A stretch of 64,000 nt of DNA, taken from NCBI GenBank assembly GCA_035703635.1, contig DASSXV010000010.1, positions 32,001 through 96,000 on the forward strand, read 5' to 3'. The notes beneath the pieces were generated by a model. It was given only the letters and a program-made list of their open reading frames with translations. It had not been told where the DNA came from and did no database searches. Positions 16,880 through 28,123 of the stretch are shown piece after piece; within the stretch, counting starts at the first letter, position 1, and every line of letters starts with the position of its first letter. The position numbers were made by a program, and so were the translations under genes. The DNA comes from Trueperaceae bacterium (lineage in GTDB: Bacteria; Deinococcota; Deinococci; Deinococcales; Trueperaceae).

Positions 16880-19576
16880 ATGGTACCTGGATCACTGGGC
16901 CACCCCAACGCAACCGAAGCGCGCGCCTTAAGCCCATGGGCGGTCGAGGCGGCTGAGCTCCTCCAGACGTGGCGCGTCGACCAAGCCGAAGGCCTGAGCC
17001 CCGCGGAGGTCGAAGAGCGCCTCAGCGAGTACGGACCCAACACGCTCGAGTTCAAGCACGGCCCGGCCTGGTGGACGGTGCTCCTCAACCAGTTCAAGGG
17101 CGTGTTGACGTTGTTGTTGGGAGGGGCGGCCGGGCTCTCGGCGCTGTTCGGTCAGTGGGCTGAGGCCGTCGCCATCCTGGTCGTGCTCGCACTCAACGCG
17201 GGCATCGGCTTCGTCACTGAGCTGCGCGCGGCTCGCTCCGTCGAGGCGCTTAGGCGGCTCGGAGTGTCGCACGTGCGCGTCAGGCGCGGCGGCCACCTCG
17301 CTACGATCGAAGCGGACGACCTAGTGCCGGGCGACATCCTCGTGGTCGAGGCCGGCGACCTCGTGGGGGCGGACTCGCGCGTGATCAAGGCGAGCCGGTT
17401 GGAGGTCGACGAGTCGAGCCTGACTGGCGAGTCCGTGCCGGTCGCCAAGGCTACCGCCCCGGTCGCTTCCGCCACCCTCCTACCGGAGCGCACCCCGATG
17501 CTGCACAAGGGCACGCCGGTCACCCGCGGGACTGGCGAGGCCGTCGTGGTCGCAACAGGCATGGCTACCGAGCTCGGCCGCATCAGTGCCCTCGTTGACC
17601 GGGCAGCCCCGCAAGGCACGCCGCTCGAGGCGCGCCTCAACGATCTGGCCCAGCGCCTCGTGTGGCTGACCGTCGTCGTGGCGGTGGTGGTCACCCTCAC
17701 CGGGCTTCAGTCAGGCAAGGGGTGGCTGGTGCTGCTGCAGACGGCCATCGCGCTCGCAGTCGCGACGGTGCCGGAGGGTCTGCCGGTGATCGCCTCCCTT
17801 ACCCTGGCGCAAGGGGTGAGGCGCATGGCCAGCCGCAACGCCTTGGTCAACCGCCTCTCGGCGGTGGAGACGCTTGGCGCCACCAGCGTGATCATCACGG
17901 ACAAGACGGGCACGTTGACGGAGAACCGCATGCGCGTCGTCGAGTGGCGCCTACCGGGCGGAGAAGTGTCAACCGCTAACGGTGGTCAGCCGCGGCCGCT
18001 CAGCCAGGAGCTCGCCACTGAGCTGCACCTAGCGCTGACGGGCGCCGCGCTTTGTTGCACGGCGGAGTTGCCGGAAGTCGGGGGACGAGAGGGCGAAGGC
18101 GTTGGCGACCCGCTAGAGGTGGCGCTCCTGCTAGCGGCACGCGAGGCCGGGATCGAGCGCGGCGCCGCGCTGGCGCGGTTCCCTGAACGACGGCAGTTGG
18201 CGTTCGACTCAGTCACCCGGCTGATGGCAACGGCCCACGACCTCGGGGAGGGCGAGGTTTGGGTGCTGGTGAAGGGCGCGCCCGGCGAGGTGATCGCGGC
18301 CGCCACGAGCGTCGCGGCGGGCAGCGGACGCAGGCACCTCACTACGAGCGAGCGCACGCACTGGCTCGAAGAGAACAGGGCGTTGGCGGCGCGGGGCCTG
18401 CGCGTCATCGCCATAGCCGAGAAGGCAGCGGCGGGCGAGCCGACGGAGCCGTACGCAGACCTCTCGCTCATCGGCCTCGTCGGCCTCTCCGACCCGCCGC
18501 GCAAGGAGGTGAGCGCGGCGCTAGCTGGCCTTGACGCGGCTGGCATCAGGGTCGTGATGGCGACGGGCGATCAGGCAGTGACTGCTCGTCGCGTCGCGGA
18601 GCAAGTCGGCTTGACCGTGACGGGCGAGGTGCTCGACGGTCTCGCCGTCGCGCGTCTGCTGGCGGCGGGCGCGGCAGGTAGCGCCGAACTCTTGAACGCC
18701 TCCGTGCTCGCACGCGTGGCGCCGGAACAGAAGTTGCAACTCATAGCACTGCACCAGGGCGCGGGGCACGTCGTCGCCATGACGGGCGACGGCGTCAACG
18801 ACGCGCCAGCGTTACGCCGCGCCGACATCGGGGTCGCGATGGGGCTGCGGGGAACGGAGGTGGCGCGCGAAGCGGCAGACATGGTGTTGCTCGACGACGC
18901 TTTCGGCACCATCTTGGCCGCCGTCAAGGAGGGGCGCGTGATCTTCGACAACATCCGCGCTTTCGTCCTCTACCTGCTCTCTTGCAACCTCAGTGAAGTG
19001 ATGACCATAGGACTGGCCGGGCTGCTCGGCTACCCGCTGCCATTGCTGCCGTTGCAGATCCTCTTCCTCAACCTGGTGACGGACGTGCTCCCCGCGCTCG
19101 CCCTCGGGGCAGGGAGGGGAGACGTGCGTATCCTGGCGCGGCCGCCACGCCCAGCCAGTGAGCCGCTCTTGGCCCCACGCCACTGGCGCAGCGTCATCGG
19201 CTACGGAGCGCTACTGACGCTCAGCACGCTCGGCGCGTTCGAGCTGGCGTTCAGGCTGCCGGGGGCGACCAGCGGCACGGCCATTACCGTCGCGTTTCTG
19301 ACCTTGGCGCTCGGGCAGGTGTGGCACGTCTTCAACATGCGCGACCCAGGTAGTTCACTAGTCAACAACCAGGTGACTCGCAACCGCTTGGTGTGGGCCG
19401 CCGTCCTCACATGCAGCTTGATCGTCGCGCTGGCAGTAGCCTTACCTGGACTGCGGCAGGTGCTGGCGATCGAGCTCCTAGGCGCACGGGGCTGGACGCT
19501 CGTCGCCGTAGCAGGGCTGCTGCCGATGCTTCTCGGTCAGGTTGGCAAGGCCCTAGGCCTCGGGCGCGTCTCCTAG
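16880..19576 (+). CDS. Cation-transporting P-type ATPase (P2A, Ca2+-ATPase-like)
   Basis: TGES, VPEGL, DKTGTLT, KGAP, DPPR, TGD, TGDGVND, SCN..E, NLVTD. Confidence 0.93.
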   Translation: MVPGSLGHPNATEARALSPWAVEAAELLQTWRVDQAEGLSPAEVEERLSEYGPNTLEFKHGPAWWTVLLNQFKGVLTLLLGGAAGLSALFGQWAEAVAILVVLALNAGIGFVTELRAARSVEALRRLGVSHVRVRRGGHLATIEADDLVPGDILVVEAGDLVGADSRVIKASRLEVDESSLTGESVPVAKATAPVASATLLPERTPMLHKGTPVTRGTGEAVVVATGMATELGRISALVDRAAPQGTPLEARLNDLAQRLVWLTVVVAVVVTLTGLQSGKGWLVLLQTAIALAVATVPEGLPVIASLTLAQGVRRMASRNALVNRLSAVETLGATSVIITDKTGTLTENRMRVVEWRLPGGEVSTANGGQPRPLSQELATELHLALTGAALCCTAELPEVGGREGEGVGDPLEVALLLAAREAGIERGAALARFPERRQLAFDSVTRLMATAHDLGEGEVWVLVKGAPGEVIAAATSVAAGSGRRHLTTSERTHWLEENRALAARGLRVIAIAEKAAAGEPTEPYADLSLIGLVGLSDPPRKEVSAALAGLDAAGIRVVMATGDQAVTARRVAEQVGLTVTGEVLDGLAVARLLAAGAAGSAELLNASVLARVAPEQKLQLIALHQGAGHVVAMTGDGVNDAPALRRADIGVAMGLRGTEVAREAADMVLLDDAFGTILAAVKEGRVIFDNIRAFVLYLLSCNLSEVMTIGLAGLLGYPLPLLPLQILFLNLVTDVLPALALGAGRGDVRILARPPRPASEPLLAPRHWRSVIGYGALLTLSTLGAFELAFRLPGATSGTAITVAFLTLALGQVWHVFNMRDPGSSLVNNQVTRNRLVWAAVLTCSLIVALAVALPGLRQVLAIELLGARGWTLVAVAGLLPMLLGQVGKALGLGRVS

Positions 19577-19609
19577 CACGAAACGTGCCGCCGTCCTCGA
19601 CTCGTCTAA

Positions 19610-21442
19610 CTACGGGGCCCGCGCGAGGTCGGGGGCCAGCAGCGCTAGCGCTGCCGCCAGGCGGTAAGCGTCGCCGCGCGTGAGCGTGGCAGGTGGAGAG
19701 GCGAAGTCGATCAAACCAGCTGCCATCAGGTCAGTCCAGTTGCTGGCGCCAGCGCAGTCGCCGAGGTCGCAAGCTGCTTGCGCGAGTAGTTGCGCGGCTA
19801 AGTCGCTCGTAAGCGGCGTCGCGCCGTCTCCCAGCGTCAGCTCGAGCGCGAAGGCAGCCAACGCCGTACTGAACTCAGATCGGTAATAGAAGCGGGTCGC
19901 GACGTTGCCGAGCAGATACGCGAACGAGATGGCGCTGACCGGTGCGTCTAGTTTCGGGTCGTTCTCGTACCCTCCCACGGCCAAGCCGCGAGCCACCAGC
20001 ACGCGGAACGCAGAGTATGCAGGGTGCTTGGTCGGCCCTACTGCCGGGCGCGGGCGCACGTCGGGGAGGAGCGCGCCTCGCGCTTGCAGGCGGTCGCGCA
20101 CTAGCGAGATGAGGTCTTCGCCGTGAGCCACCTGGCTGGCAGGCACACCCAAGCGCACTGACGTGGCGGCCGCCACCCCGGCAGCCTCCGCCATCGCCAT
20201 GCCGAACGGCACGACGCGCGCGGACGCGAACGCGACGGGGTCGTAACCTGCGCTTCTGCCAACGACCCACAGGTCATCGACACTCGCCGTAACGAGCATG
20301 CACAGGCGTCCGCCGTAGATCTCCGGCGTGCCCCACACGAACCCGGAATCGTACGGGGTGAAGCTCTGAGCGTCTAGCGGGTAACCGCCAGCTGCGACGT
20401 CCTGCGCCGTCACGACGTTCGAGAGGGTGTCGTCTGCGCTGAGGATGCAGTCCGCGAGGAGGTGGCGCGACTCGCGCACGTACAACTCCGTGGCGGCTCC
20501 CGCCAGCCGCGCCTGCTTGAACCCCGGTAGGTGCTCGCGCAAGTAGGCGATGATCTCCTCGCCCTCAGCCAAGCCGATGACGCGGCCCGCTGCCAGGCTG
20601 GCTGGGTCGAGTGGGTCCAGCCCGTAGATGAGGAGCGCGTTCACTAGCACGCTGCCATCTACCTGCAGTCCGAGATTGAGGCCACGCAGACGCGTCCTGC
20701 TCGATGTCGGCACGTAGGCGGCGGGCACGCCTCCGAAGTGCCCCCACGCCACCGTGTCACGCATGCTGGCGTACGCCTTGCCCTGTGCGGATACCCCGCG
20801 CTTGAGGGCGGCCCAATCGACGCCTGCGACGTTCAGCACCAGGGTGTCTGCCTGGCGCTGGGCAACGCCGAAGCGCTCCCACCCGAAGTCGAACGGCGCA
20901 CCTGCCTTGGCGGCCAGGTCGGCGTCCGCGCTGGCGTCGATCACTTGAATGGCGTTGACGGCCACGCCCTCGTCTGTCAAGGTCACGCCGCGCAACGCGC
21001 CGTCGACGAAGCGTGGCTCGACGGGTCCCGCGCCGAGCCACAACTCGACGCCTGCTTCGGCCAAGAGCCTGATGAACGCACGCTCTGCCGTCAACACGTC
21101 GAAGGCGTCGTGAGCGCCGACCTGGCGCCACCAGCGTCCGAAGATGCCGCGCTGGTAGTTGAAGGGCTGGGTCCGCATGTCCAGCATGTTGAGTTCGCCG
21201 AGCACGAACAGGCCACCGACGCGCTCGTCGCGCGACACGAGTAGTGTCCGCGCGCCCTCCTCGGCCGCGCCGATCGCTGCCGCGATCCCCTCCGGCTCAC
21301 TGCCGTAAACGACGACGTCGAAGTACGCAACGCCGCCGGTACCGGGATCGCTGGGGCCAAGCTGCGTCCTGGCCGCCAAGGCCGTGTAAGAGAGGAGGGC
21401 GAGGATCACGATGGCGACCCGCGCTAACGCGCTGCGCTTCAC
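19610..21442 (-). CDS. Exported FAD-dependent oxidoreductase with SLH-like C-terminus
   Basis: Signal peptide, DVVVYGSEPEGIAAA dinucleotide fold, IDASADADLA, LYVRESR; C-terminal HPAY..F..L...GL..G and LTRGDA SLH-like motifs. Confidence 0.75.
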   Translation of the reverse strand: MKRSALARVAIVILALLSYTALAARTQLGPSDPGTGGVAYFDVVVYGSEPEGIAAAIGAAEEGARTLLVSRDERVGGLFVLGELNMLDMRTQPFNYQRGIFGRWWRQVGAHDAFDVLTAERAFIRLLAEAGVELWLGAGPVEPRFVDGALRGVTLTDEGVAVNAIQVIDASADADLAAKAGAPFDFGWERFGVAQRQADTLVLNVAGVDWAALKRGVSAQGKAYASMRDTVAWGHFGGVPAAYVPTSSRTRLRGLNLGLQVDGSVLVNALLIYGLDPLDPASLAAGRVIGLAEGEEIIAYLREHLPGFKQARLAGAATELYVRESRHLLADCILSADDTLSNVVTAQDVAAGGYPLDAQSFTPYDSGFVWGTPEIYGGRLCMLVTASVDDLWVVGRSAGYDPVAFASARVVPFGMAMAEAAGVAAATSVRLGVPASQVAHGEDLISLVRDRLQARGALLPDVRPRPAVGPTKHPAYSAFRVLVARGLAVGGYENDPKLDAPVSAISFAYLLGNVATRFYYRSEFSTALAAFALELTLGDGATPLTSDLAAQLLAQAACDLGDCAGASNWTDLMAAGLIDFASPPATLTRGDAYRLAAALALLAPDLARAP

Positions 21443-22602
21443 TACTCGTGCCTCCCACGCCCGCGCGGCACCAACTCGTCGACGATGGTCGCCACCACCG
21501 TCATCGCCGCGTCGGGCCGCGCGAGCTCGGCGCAGTTGGCGCGCATCTCGGCTAAGCGCTCAGGCGCTTCCAGTAGGCGCCTTAGCTTGTGGCCGAGGGT
21601 GGCGATAGGCTCGACGCGCACGGCCACACCATGCTCGAGGAGCACGTTGGCGTTGACTTCCTCCTGCAGGGGGTAAGGACTCACGAGCATCAGCGGCAGG
21701 CCAGACGCCAGCGCCTCGCTGCTCGTCAACCCGCCTGGTTTGCTCACGAGGATGTCGGCGGCGGCCATGCGCGTTGCCATGTCGTTGACGAGGCCGTTGA
21801 CTGAGAAGGAGACGGGCGCCTGAACACGATCGACGTACGAGCGCGCCAGGCTCAGCAGGTCCGGACTGCGGCCGCACACCACGACGACGTGGAGGGGCCA
21901 CCTGAAATCGATGAGCTGGTCGAGTATTCCCTTCAGCGTCACGGCTCCAAGGCCGCTAGCGAGCAGGAGCAGGACCTCGCGGTCTAGCGGCGCGCCGATC
22001 GCGGCGCGCGCCTCGGCGCGGGTGGGTGGGTTCGTGAACGCGGTGCCGATCGGGATGCCAGTGACGCGAATGCGATGGTCGTTGACCCCGGCCGCCATGA
22101 GTTGCGCACGCACGTCGTCAGAAGCGACGAAGTAGCGCGCGATACCCGGCTGCAACCAGAAGGCGTGCGCGGCGAAGTCGGTGATGACCTCCGCCTGCGG
22201 GAGTGGACGGTGGCGCCGTATGCGGCCGGAGACGATCTCGGCCCCAAGGAAGTGCGTGTGCACCACTACGTCCGGCTTGTAGCGGTCGATGATGCCTGGA
22301 ACTTCGTATGACAACATGCGAGTGACGCGCGCCCGTAGGCGCTGCTGCACGTTCTTGAACTCGCTTGGCCTGCGATCGAGGTGCCTGCCAACCCACTCGA
22401 CGAGGTCAGGCACCGTCCTTACGAGGTCGAAGTACGCCTGCCTGTACAGCCGCCTGAAAGGCACTGCGGTGTACTCGAGGAGGTCGACGTGGGTGCTGGC
22501 GACTTCTTGGGCCGCGCACGCAGCTTGCAGGGCGTTCGCGGCGGCGACGTGACCGCCACCGATAGAAGCCGACAGGATCAGCACGCGGGGCCGGTCAGTC
22601 AC
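21442..22602 (-). CDS. MGDG synthase/UgtP-like diacylglycerol glycosyltransferase (GT28)
   Basis: SASIGGGH, THF, VITDF..H..W, TGIPI, VVCGR, SKPGGLTSSEAL, QEEVNA; TATGCT 6 nt before the GTG. Confidence 0.88.
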   Translation of the reverse strand: MTDRPRVLILSASIGGGHVAAANALQAACAAQEVASTHVDLLEYTAVPFRRLYRQAYFDLVRTVPDLVEWVGRHLDRRPSEFKNVQQRLRARVTRMLSYEVPGIIDRYKPDVVVHTHFLGAEIVSGRIRRHRPLPQAEVITDFAAHAFWLQPGIARYFVASDDVRAQLMAAGVNDHRIRVTGIPIGTAFTNPPTRAEARAAIGAPLDREVLLLLASGLGAVTLKGILDQLIDFRWPLHVVVVCGRSPDLLSLARSYVDRVQAPVSFSVNGLVNDMATRMAAADILVSKPGGLTSSEALASGLPLMLVSPYPLQEEVNANVLLEHGVAVRVEPIATLGHKLRRLLEAPERLAEMRANCAELARPDAAMTVVATIVDELVPRGRGRHE

Positions 22603-22704
22603 GGCCGGAGCATAGCAAGGCCACCGACCGCCGGCCAAATCGCCTCGGCTTCTCCCTCAGACGCCTCAGTAAGACCGGGTGATAGCATCGCGGAGGAGGC
22701 TCAG

Positions 22705-23784
22705 ATGCTACGAGTCGGGTCGGTGGTCGCCATCACCTTGTTGTTCCTTGGAGGTTGTGCGCCAACTACGGCGCCCAAGATGCACGACCTTTACGTCTAC
22801 GGCGTGGACAACGCGCGCTACTCGTACTTCTACGGCGAGCCGACGCAGCTCGTATACGCGGGCCAGACGCTGTCTTTGACCACCAAGGAGGGCGCCGTCG
22901 CTAGGGCGCCTCAGCAGTTCGAAGTCACTGGCACGCTGGCGGTCGACGGCAAGCCGTTCCTGCGCGAGGCGCTGGCGCCGCTTGACGTGCCGCCCGTGAC
23001 CGTCAGCCGCATCCCTTTCACCACCGACATGCTCGTTACGGTTGGCAGCAACGTCTCCGAGGTCATCTATTACGACGGCCAGTCGTTCCTGCGCCTCATG
23101 CTCGAGGGCGAGGCAGGCACGGTGCAGCGCGTCGTGCCGCGACCGCGCCTCAACCTGTTACGTGGCCTTGGTGAACTCACCACGGCGGAAGCGGACGCCC
23201 TCGCGAGCGCCTTGAGGGCCCGCGGCGGGCCGTTCGCGCTGGCGCTGCTACCGACCGCCTCGCTGCCGCCGCACCCCGTCGACGGGCTCGGGGAACAACG
23301 CCGCACCGGGGTTTACGTGCAGCGCGACATCGCGGTCGACACGTCCGCCGCCGCCACGGCGCCCGAGGAGCTCGCGTGGGACGTGGTGGCGCAAGGCAAT
23401 CAGGCCGTCGGCTTCACGTCGGCCACGTACCGCATGGTGTCGAACCGCGAGCAGCTGATCTCGCTGTGGCAACAGGCGTACGGCAGTCAGCTGAGCGTGC
23501 CGCCGGTGCCGGAGCTGGACTTCCGTCGAGAGACCGTCGTTGCACTGTTCCTAGGCACGAAGTCGAGCGGCGGTTACGGCGTGCGGGTCATCGACGTGCG
23601 AGACGAGCAGGGCGAGCTGTACCTCGACCTGCAGTTCACGGAGCCTGGCCCTGGCAGCATCACGACGCAGGCGCTCACTAGCCCGTGGTTGATCGTGCGC
23701 GTGCAGCGCGGCGGCTACTCGGCGGCCTGGCTACGTGACGACGCCAGCGGCAACCTCGTTGGCGTTGCCCGCATGGACCAGTGA
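22705..23784 (+). CDS. Lipoprotein with C-terminal PrcB-like domain
   Basis: Lipobox LGGC; P.LDF..ETVVALFLG.KSSGGYGV...P.PG..TTQALTSP; GGAGG SD. Confidence 0.75.
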   Translation: MLRVGSVVAITLLFLGGCAPTTAPKMHDLYVYGVDNARYSYFYGEPTQLVYAGQTLSLTTKEGAVARAPQQFEVTGTLAVDGKPFLREALAPLDVPPVTVSRIPFTTDMLVTVGSNVSEVIYYDGQSFLRLMLEGEAGTVQRVVPRPRLNLLRGLGELTTAEADALASALRARGGPFALALLPTASLPPHPVDGLGEQRRTGVYVQRDIAVDTSAAATAPEELAWDVVAQGNQAVGFTSATYRMVSNREQLISLWQQAYGSQLSVPPVPELDFRRETVVALFLGTKSSGGYGVRVIDVRDEQGELYLDLQFTEPGPGSITTQALTSPWLIVRVQRGGYSAAWLRDDASGNLVGVARMDQ

Positions 23785-23808
23785 CGCCTGCCTGCCCGCA
23801 AGGCGCGA

Positions 23809-24957
23809 TCAGGTGAGCGCGAGCGGGTCGAACAGCCTGCGGTACTCCTCGTTCGCGTAACGGTCCGTCATGCCCGAGATGTAGTCGGTTATGGCGCGTT
23901 CGAGGCCGAGGTCAGGCACTTGGCGCGCCACGTCTGGCGGCAGCATGGCCGGCGTTTCAACGTACGCATGGTAGATGCGCTCGAGCACGAGGTGCGCCTT
24001 GCGCGTCATGCGGATGAGGCGGTGGTGGAAGTAGAAGTTAGAGTAGAGGTAATCCTTTAGCAGCGCTAGTTCGCGCGCCATGCCGTCGGACGGCGCGAGC
24101 AGCTTGCTGGCGGCGTTGCGCACGTCAGCCAGCGACTTCACGCCGTGGTCGGCCAAGCGCGCATGCGTCGCGTGCACGACGTCGGTGATCACGTCACCCA
24201 AGAGCTCGCGGATAAGGACGTAACGCTGCCCAGAGTCGAAGCGTTCAATGCTTAGCCCGAGGCGGCTGAACAGCTCGCCGATGATGGGAACCTCGACGAC
24301 GCCGAGGGGCGTCAGGTGACCAGAGCGGAGGCCGTCGTCGAGGTCGTGGGCGTTGTACGCCACCTCATCAGCCACGTTGACGACCTGCGCCTCGAGCGAC
24401 GGCTGCACGTCGGGCTCCCAACTGGGGTCGGGCACGTCGTAAGTCGTCTCGTGCTTCATGATGCCTTCTAGCGTCTCCCACGTCAGGTTCAGGCCGGGGA
24501 AGCCGGGGTAGCGCCGCTCCAGCTTGGTGACGATGCGCAATGACTGCCTGTTATGGTCGAAGCCGCCAACGGCCGCGGCCAAGCTATCGAGCGCCTTCTC
24601 CCCAGCGTGCCCGAACGGCGGGTGCCCGAGGTCGTGCGCTAGCGCGATCGTCTCGCTGAGGTCTTCGTTGAGGCCAAGCGCGCGCGCGATGCTAGTCGCC
24701 ACCTGCGCCACCTCGAGGGTGTGGGTGAGGCGCGTGCGGTAGTAGTCGCCCTCGTAGTTGACGAACACTTGCGTCTTGTACTCGAGCCGCCTGAAGGCGC
24801 TCGTGTGCACGACGCGGTCGCGGTCCTTCTGGAAGGCCGTACGGTAGGCGCTCTCGCCCTCAGGGTGGATGCGTCCGCGCGACTCCACGGCTAGGGAAGC
24901 GTAAGGCGCCAACGTCAGTCGTTCGTTGCGCTCGAGCTGTTCACGCGTCATCAACAT
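23809..24957 (-). CDS. dgt: dGTP triphosphohydrolase (HD family)
   Basis: RTAFQKDRDRVVH, FRRLEYKTQVF, RTRLTHTLEV, HDLGHPPFGH.GE, DY.SGMTD. Confidence 0.93.
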   Translation of the reverse strand: MLMTREQLERNERLTLAPYASLAVESRGRIHPEGESAYRTAFQKDRDRVVHTSAFRRLEYKTQVFVNYEGDYYRTRLTHTLEVAQVATSIARALGLNEDLSETIALAHDLGHPPFGHAGEKALDSLAAAVGGFDHNRQSLRIVTKLERRYPGFPGLNLTWETLEGIMKHETTYDVPDPSWEPDVQPSLEAQVVNVADEVAYNAHDLDDGLRSGHLTPLGVVEVPIIGELFSRLGLSIERFDSGQRYVLIRELLGDVITDVVHATHARLADHGVKSLADVRNAASKLLAPSDGMARELALLKDYLYSNFYFHHRLIRMTRKAHLVLERIYHAYVETPAMLPPDVARQVPDLGLERAITDYISGMTDRYANEEYRRLFDPLALT

Positions 24958-24979
24958 GGTGGCGGTACCATACCAACCC

Positions 24980-25750
24980 ATGCCCCTAGATCTCGATGCT
25001 CTCCTACGCACTTGCGTGCAGACTACCTACGAAGCGGGCCGCCTCACGCTCGGCTACTTCGGCACCGACCCGCAAGTCGAGTTCAAGCCGGACGACTCGC
25101 CCGTGACCCAGGCCGACAAGGCGGCGGAGGAGTTGATCAGGGCGCGACTCGAGGCCGCCTACCCCGACCATGGCATCGTCGGCGAGGAGTGGGGCAGGGT
25201 GCGCGACGGCTCTGAACTCAAGTGGTTCATCGACCCGATCGACGGCACGAAGAGCTTCATGCGCGGCGTGCCGCTCTACGCCGTGCTGCTCGGTTTGGAG
25301 GCCGCTGGCGAGGTAGTTGTCGGCGCGGCTTACTTTCCTGCCCTCGGCGAGATGTTGTGCGCCGCCAAGGGGAAGGGGGCGCAACTCAACGGCCGGCAAG
25401 TGAAGGTGCGCGGCACGCTGACGTTGGCGCGCTCGTTCGTGTCGTTCACGGATGCTGGCTCGTTCGAGGCAGCCGGCCGCGGCGCCGCCTGGGAGCGCGT
25501 CAAGGCCGCCAGCTACTACCGCGTCGGCTGGTCAGACGCGTACGGCCACGCGCTCGTTGCGTCCGGGCGGCTAGAGCTGATGCTCGACCCGGTGCTCAAC
25601 CCTTACGACGCCAGCCCCTTCGGGGTGATCCTCCCAGAGGCCGGCGGCTACTTCGGCGACTGGGCTGGCAACCCAGGCATTCACGGCGGCGAAGGGTTGA
25701 GCACTTCATTGCAGCTCCTACCAGAGGTCCTCGAGCTCCTAGCCGATTGA
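24980..25750 (+). CDS. hisN: Histidinol-phosphatase, inositol monophosphatase family
   Basis: [34 protein letters not shown]. Confidence 0.75.
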   Translation: MPLDLDALLRTCVQTTYEAGRLTLGYFGTDPQVEFKPDDSPVTQADKAAEELIRARLEAAYPDHGIVGEEWGRVRDGSELKWFIDPIDGTKSFMRGVPLYAVLLGLEAAGEVVVGAAYFPALGEMLCAAKGKGAQLNGRQVKVRGTLTLARSFVSFTDAGSFEAAGRGAAWERVKAASYYRVGWSDAYGHALVASGRLELMLDPVLNPYDASPFGVILPEAGGYFGDWAGNPGIHGGEGLSTSLQLLPEVLELLAD

Positions 25751-25805
25751 GTTACGCTCATGCCCTGACCGTCCACCGTTGAAGGCGGTAGTAAGCTCTT
25801 GGCAG

Positions 25806-27035
25806 ATGGACCTCACCCTTAGACGCTCGACCCCAACTACTTGGATCGGTAACGTCGCCATCGGCAGTGGCCACCCGGTCGTGGTTCAGTCGATGACGAA
25901 CACAGACACGGCGGACGCCGCCGCAACCGCCGAGCAGGTCGCTACCTTGTGGCGTGCGGGCAGCGAGATCGTGCGCGTTACGGTAAATGACGCCCGTGCA
26001 GCCGCCGCGATTCCAGAGATCAGGCAGCGCCTAGACGACCTAGGCGTGACGGCGCCGCTGGTAGGCGACTTCCACTACAACGGGCACCAACTCCTCACCG
26101 CCTACCCGGCTTCGGCGGCGGCGTTGGACAAGTACCGCATCAACCCAGGCAACGTCGGGCCAGGGAAGCGCCACGACGAGAACTTCCTGACCATCATCGA
26201 CGTCGCCATCGAGCACGCCAAACCAGTGCGCATCGGGGTCAACTGGGGGTCCCTCGACCAGAACCTGCTAACGCAGATGATGGACGAGAACGGCAGGCTG
26301 GCAACGCCAGCGCCAGGTCACGAAGTGTTGATCGAGGCGCTCATCGCCTCGGCGCTCCTCTCGGCGACGGCAGCTGAAGAGCACGGCCTCGGGCACGACC
26401 GCATCGTCATCAGCGCCAAGGTGAGCACGGTCCGCGACCTGTGGGAGGTCTACCGCCGCCTTGCGGCGCGCTGCGACTACCCGCTCCACCTTGGACTGAC
26501 GGAGGCTGGCATGGGCGTGAAGGGCACGGTCGCCAGCACGGCCGCGCTCGCCCCACTGTTGGCCGAGGGTATCGGCGACACCATCAGGGTCTCGCTAACG
26601 CCAGACCCAGGCGCTCCGCGTGAACGTGAGGTAGAGATCGCCCAAGAGGTGCTGCAGGCGCTCGATCTGCGGCGCTTCGCCCCGACCGTCACCGCCTGTC
26701 CGGGTTGCGGTCGCACGACGAGCACGCTCTTCCAGGAGATGGCGCGCGACATTCAGGCGCACCTCAAGTCTGCGATGCCAGGCTGGAAGGACGTCTACCC
26801 AGGGGTCGAGGGTTTGCGCGTGGCCGTCATGGGTTGCGTCGTGAACGGGCCGGGCGAGTCCAAGCACGCAGACATCGGCATCAGCTTGCCGGGAACGGGC
26901 GAGGCGCCTAGAGCCCCCGTCTACCAGGACGGCAAGCTCCTCACGACCTTGCAGGGACCGCGGATCGCGGCGGACTTCAACGACTTGCTTGACGCCTACG
27001 TGCGCCAACGTTTCGGCGCCGTTACTGCCGACTAG
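25806..27035 (+). CDS. ispG: (E)-4-hydroxy-3-methylbut-2-enyl-diphosphate synthase
   Basis: [56 protein letters not shown]. Confidence 0.96.
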   Translation: MDLTLRRSTPTTWIGNVAIGSGHPVVVQSMTNTDTADAAATAEQVATLWRAGSEIVRVTVNDARAAAAIPEIRQRLDDLGVTAPLVGDFHYNGHQLLTAYPASAAALDKYRINPGNVGPGKRHDENFLTIIDVAIEHAKPVRIGVNWGSLDQNLLTQMMDENGRLATPAPGHEVLIEALIASALLSATAAEEHGLGHDRIVISAKVSTVRDLWEVYRRLAARCDYPLHLGLTEAGMGVKGTVASTAALAPLLAEGIGDTIRVSLTPDPGAPREREVEIAQEVLQALDLRRFAPTVTACPGCGRTTSTLFQEMARDIQAHLKSAMPGWKDVYPGVEGLRVAVMGCVVNGPGESKHADIGISLPGTGEAPRAPVYQDGKLLTTLQGPRIAADFNDLLDAYVRQRFGAVTAD

Positions 27036-28101
27036 CGGTCACTTGCTCCACCTGGTCGTTCTTCACTAACAGGCGTTGGGTTGGCGGGGCGAACTCCAGC
27101 CCCACCTCCGTGAAGCGCTGGTAGAGCGTCAAGTAGATGGCTTGCCGCGTGCTCATGAACAGGCCGTAGTCCGGCTCCTTCATGTAATAGACCGTTTCGT
27201 AGTTGAGGACGCCGCTAGCGAGCGACGTCAGGTGGGCGCGGTCGAAGCGTGCGGTCTCCTGCGCCGTCACCGCCTCCTCGATGATCTGCGGCACTTGCGC
27301 CACCAGCGCGACCGGCGCGCCGGCCGTCAACCCGAACGTCAACACCGCGCGCCTGTCGCCCATGCGCTTGTAGTTGCGGATGCGGCTAGCGAGGAGGTCG
27401 CGGTTGCCGATCACGAGCTGCTCGCCTGACACGCTGCGCAGCCGCGTCGTGCGGAGGCCGACGTGCTCGACGTTGCCTTGCATGTCGTCGACGGTGATCG
27501 AGTCGCCAAGCTCGAATGGCTTGTCGAAGTGGATGGAGAGCGAGGCGAACAGGTCGGCGAGGATGTTCTGTAACGCCAACGCCACCGCGATCGACGTGAC
27601 TCCAAGGCCAGCTACGAGCGCGGAGACGTTGACGCCCAAGTTATCGAGGGCGAGGAGCGTGAAGACGACGATGATGACGAGCTGGCCGAGGAACGCGGCG
27701 GCGGAGAGGGGAGCCCCAGAGCCAGCCGCCAGCCGCGCTCCGCTCCTGGCCAGCAGGAGACGGTTCAAGATGGCGACCGCCCAACGCGCCGCCTGGGCGA
27801 ACACGGTGATGGTGAGGACCTTCTCCACCAACGATCGCGCGGTTGGCCCGACCTGGAGCACGAGCGCGCCGACGTAGACGGCCAGTACGAGCAGGAACAG
27901 GAACCAGGTCGTCGAGAAGAGCGCATGTGCCGCGTTGGTCACCGCGGATGCCTGCTCCCGCGCTGCCGCCTTGGCGAACTGCCTGGTAAGCAGGCGACGC
28001 GCCACGAGGAGCACGAACAGCATGGCGACGGCCACCGTTACGGCCATCAGCCAGTCGGGTAGCGAGCGTTGAAGGTCTGCTGGGTCGACAGTTGGTGTCA
28101 T
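27022..28101 (-). CDS. MscS-family mechanosensitive channel
   Basis: TM helices, [33 protein letters not shown]. Confidence 0.9.
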   Translation of the reverse strand: MTPTVDPADLQRSLPDWLMAVTVAVAMLFVLLVARRLLTRQFAKAAAREQASAVTNAAHALFSTTWFLFLLVLAVYVGALVLQVGPTARSLVEKVLTITVFAQAARWAVAILNRLLLARSGARLAAGSGAPLSAAAFLGQLVIIVVFTLLALDNLGVNVSALVAGLGVTSIAVALALQNILADLFASLSIHFDKPFELGDSITVDDMQGNVEHVGLRTTRLRSVSGEQLVIGNRDLLASRIRNYKRMGDRRAVLTFGLTAGAPVALVAQVPQIIEEAVTAQETARFDRAHLTSLASGVLNYETVYYMKEPDYGLFMSTRQAIYLTLYQRFTEVGLEFAPPTQRLLVKNDQVEQVTASRQ

Positions 28102-28123
28102 GGTCTTGCCTTATCCTACCCAC

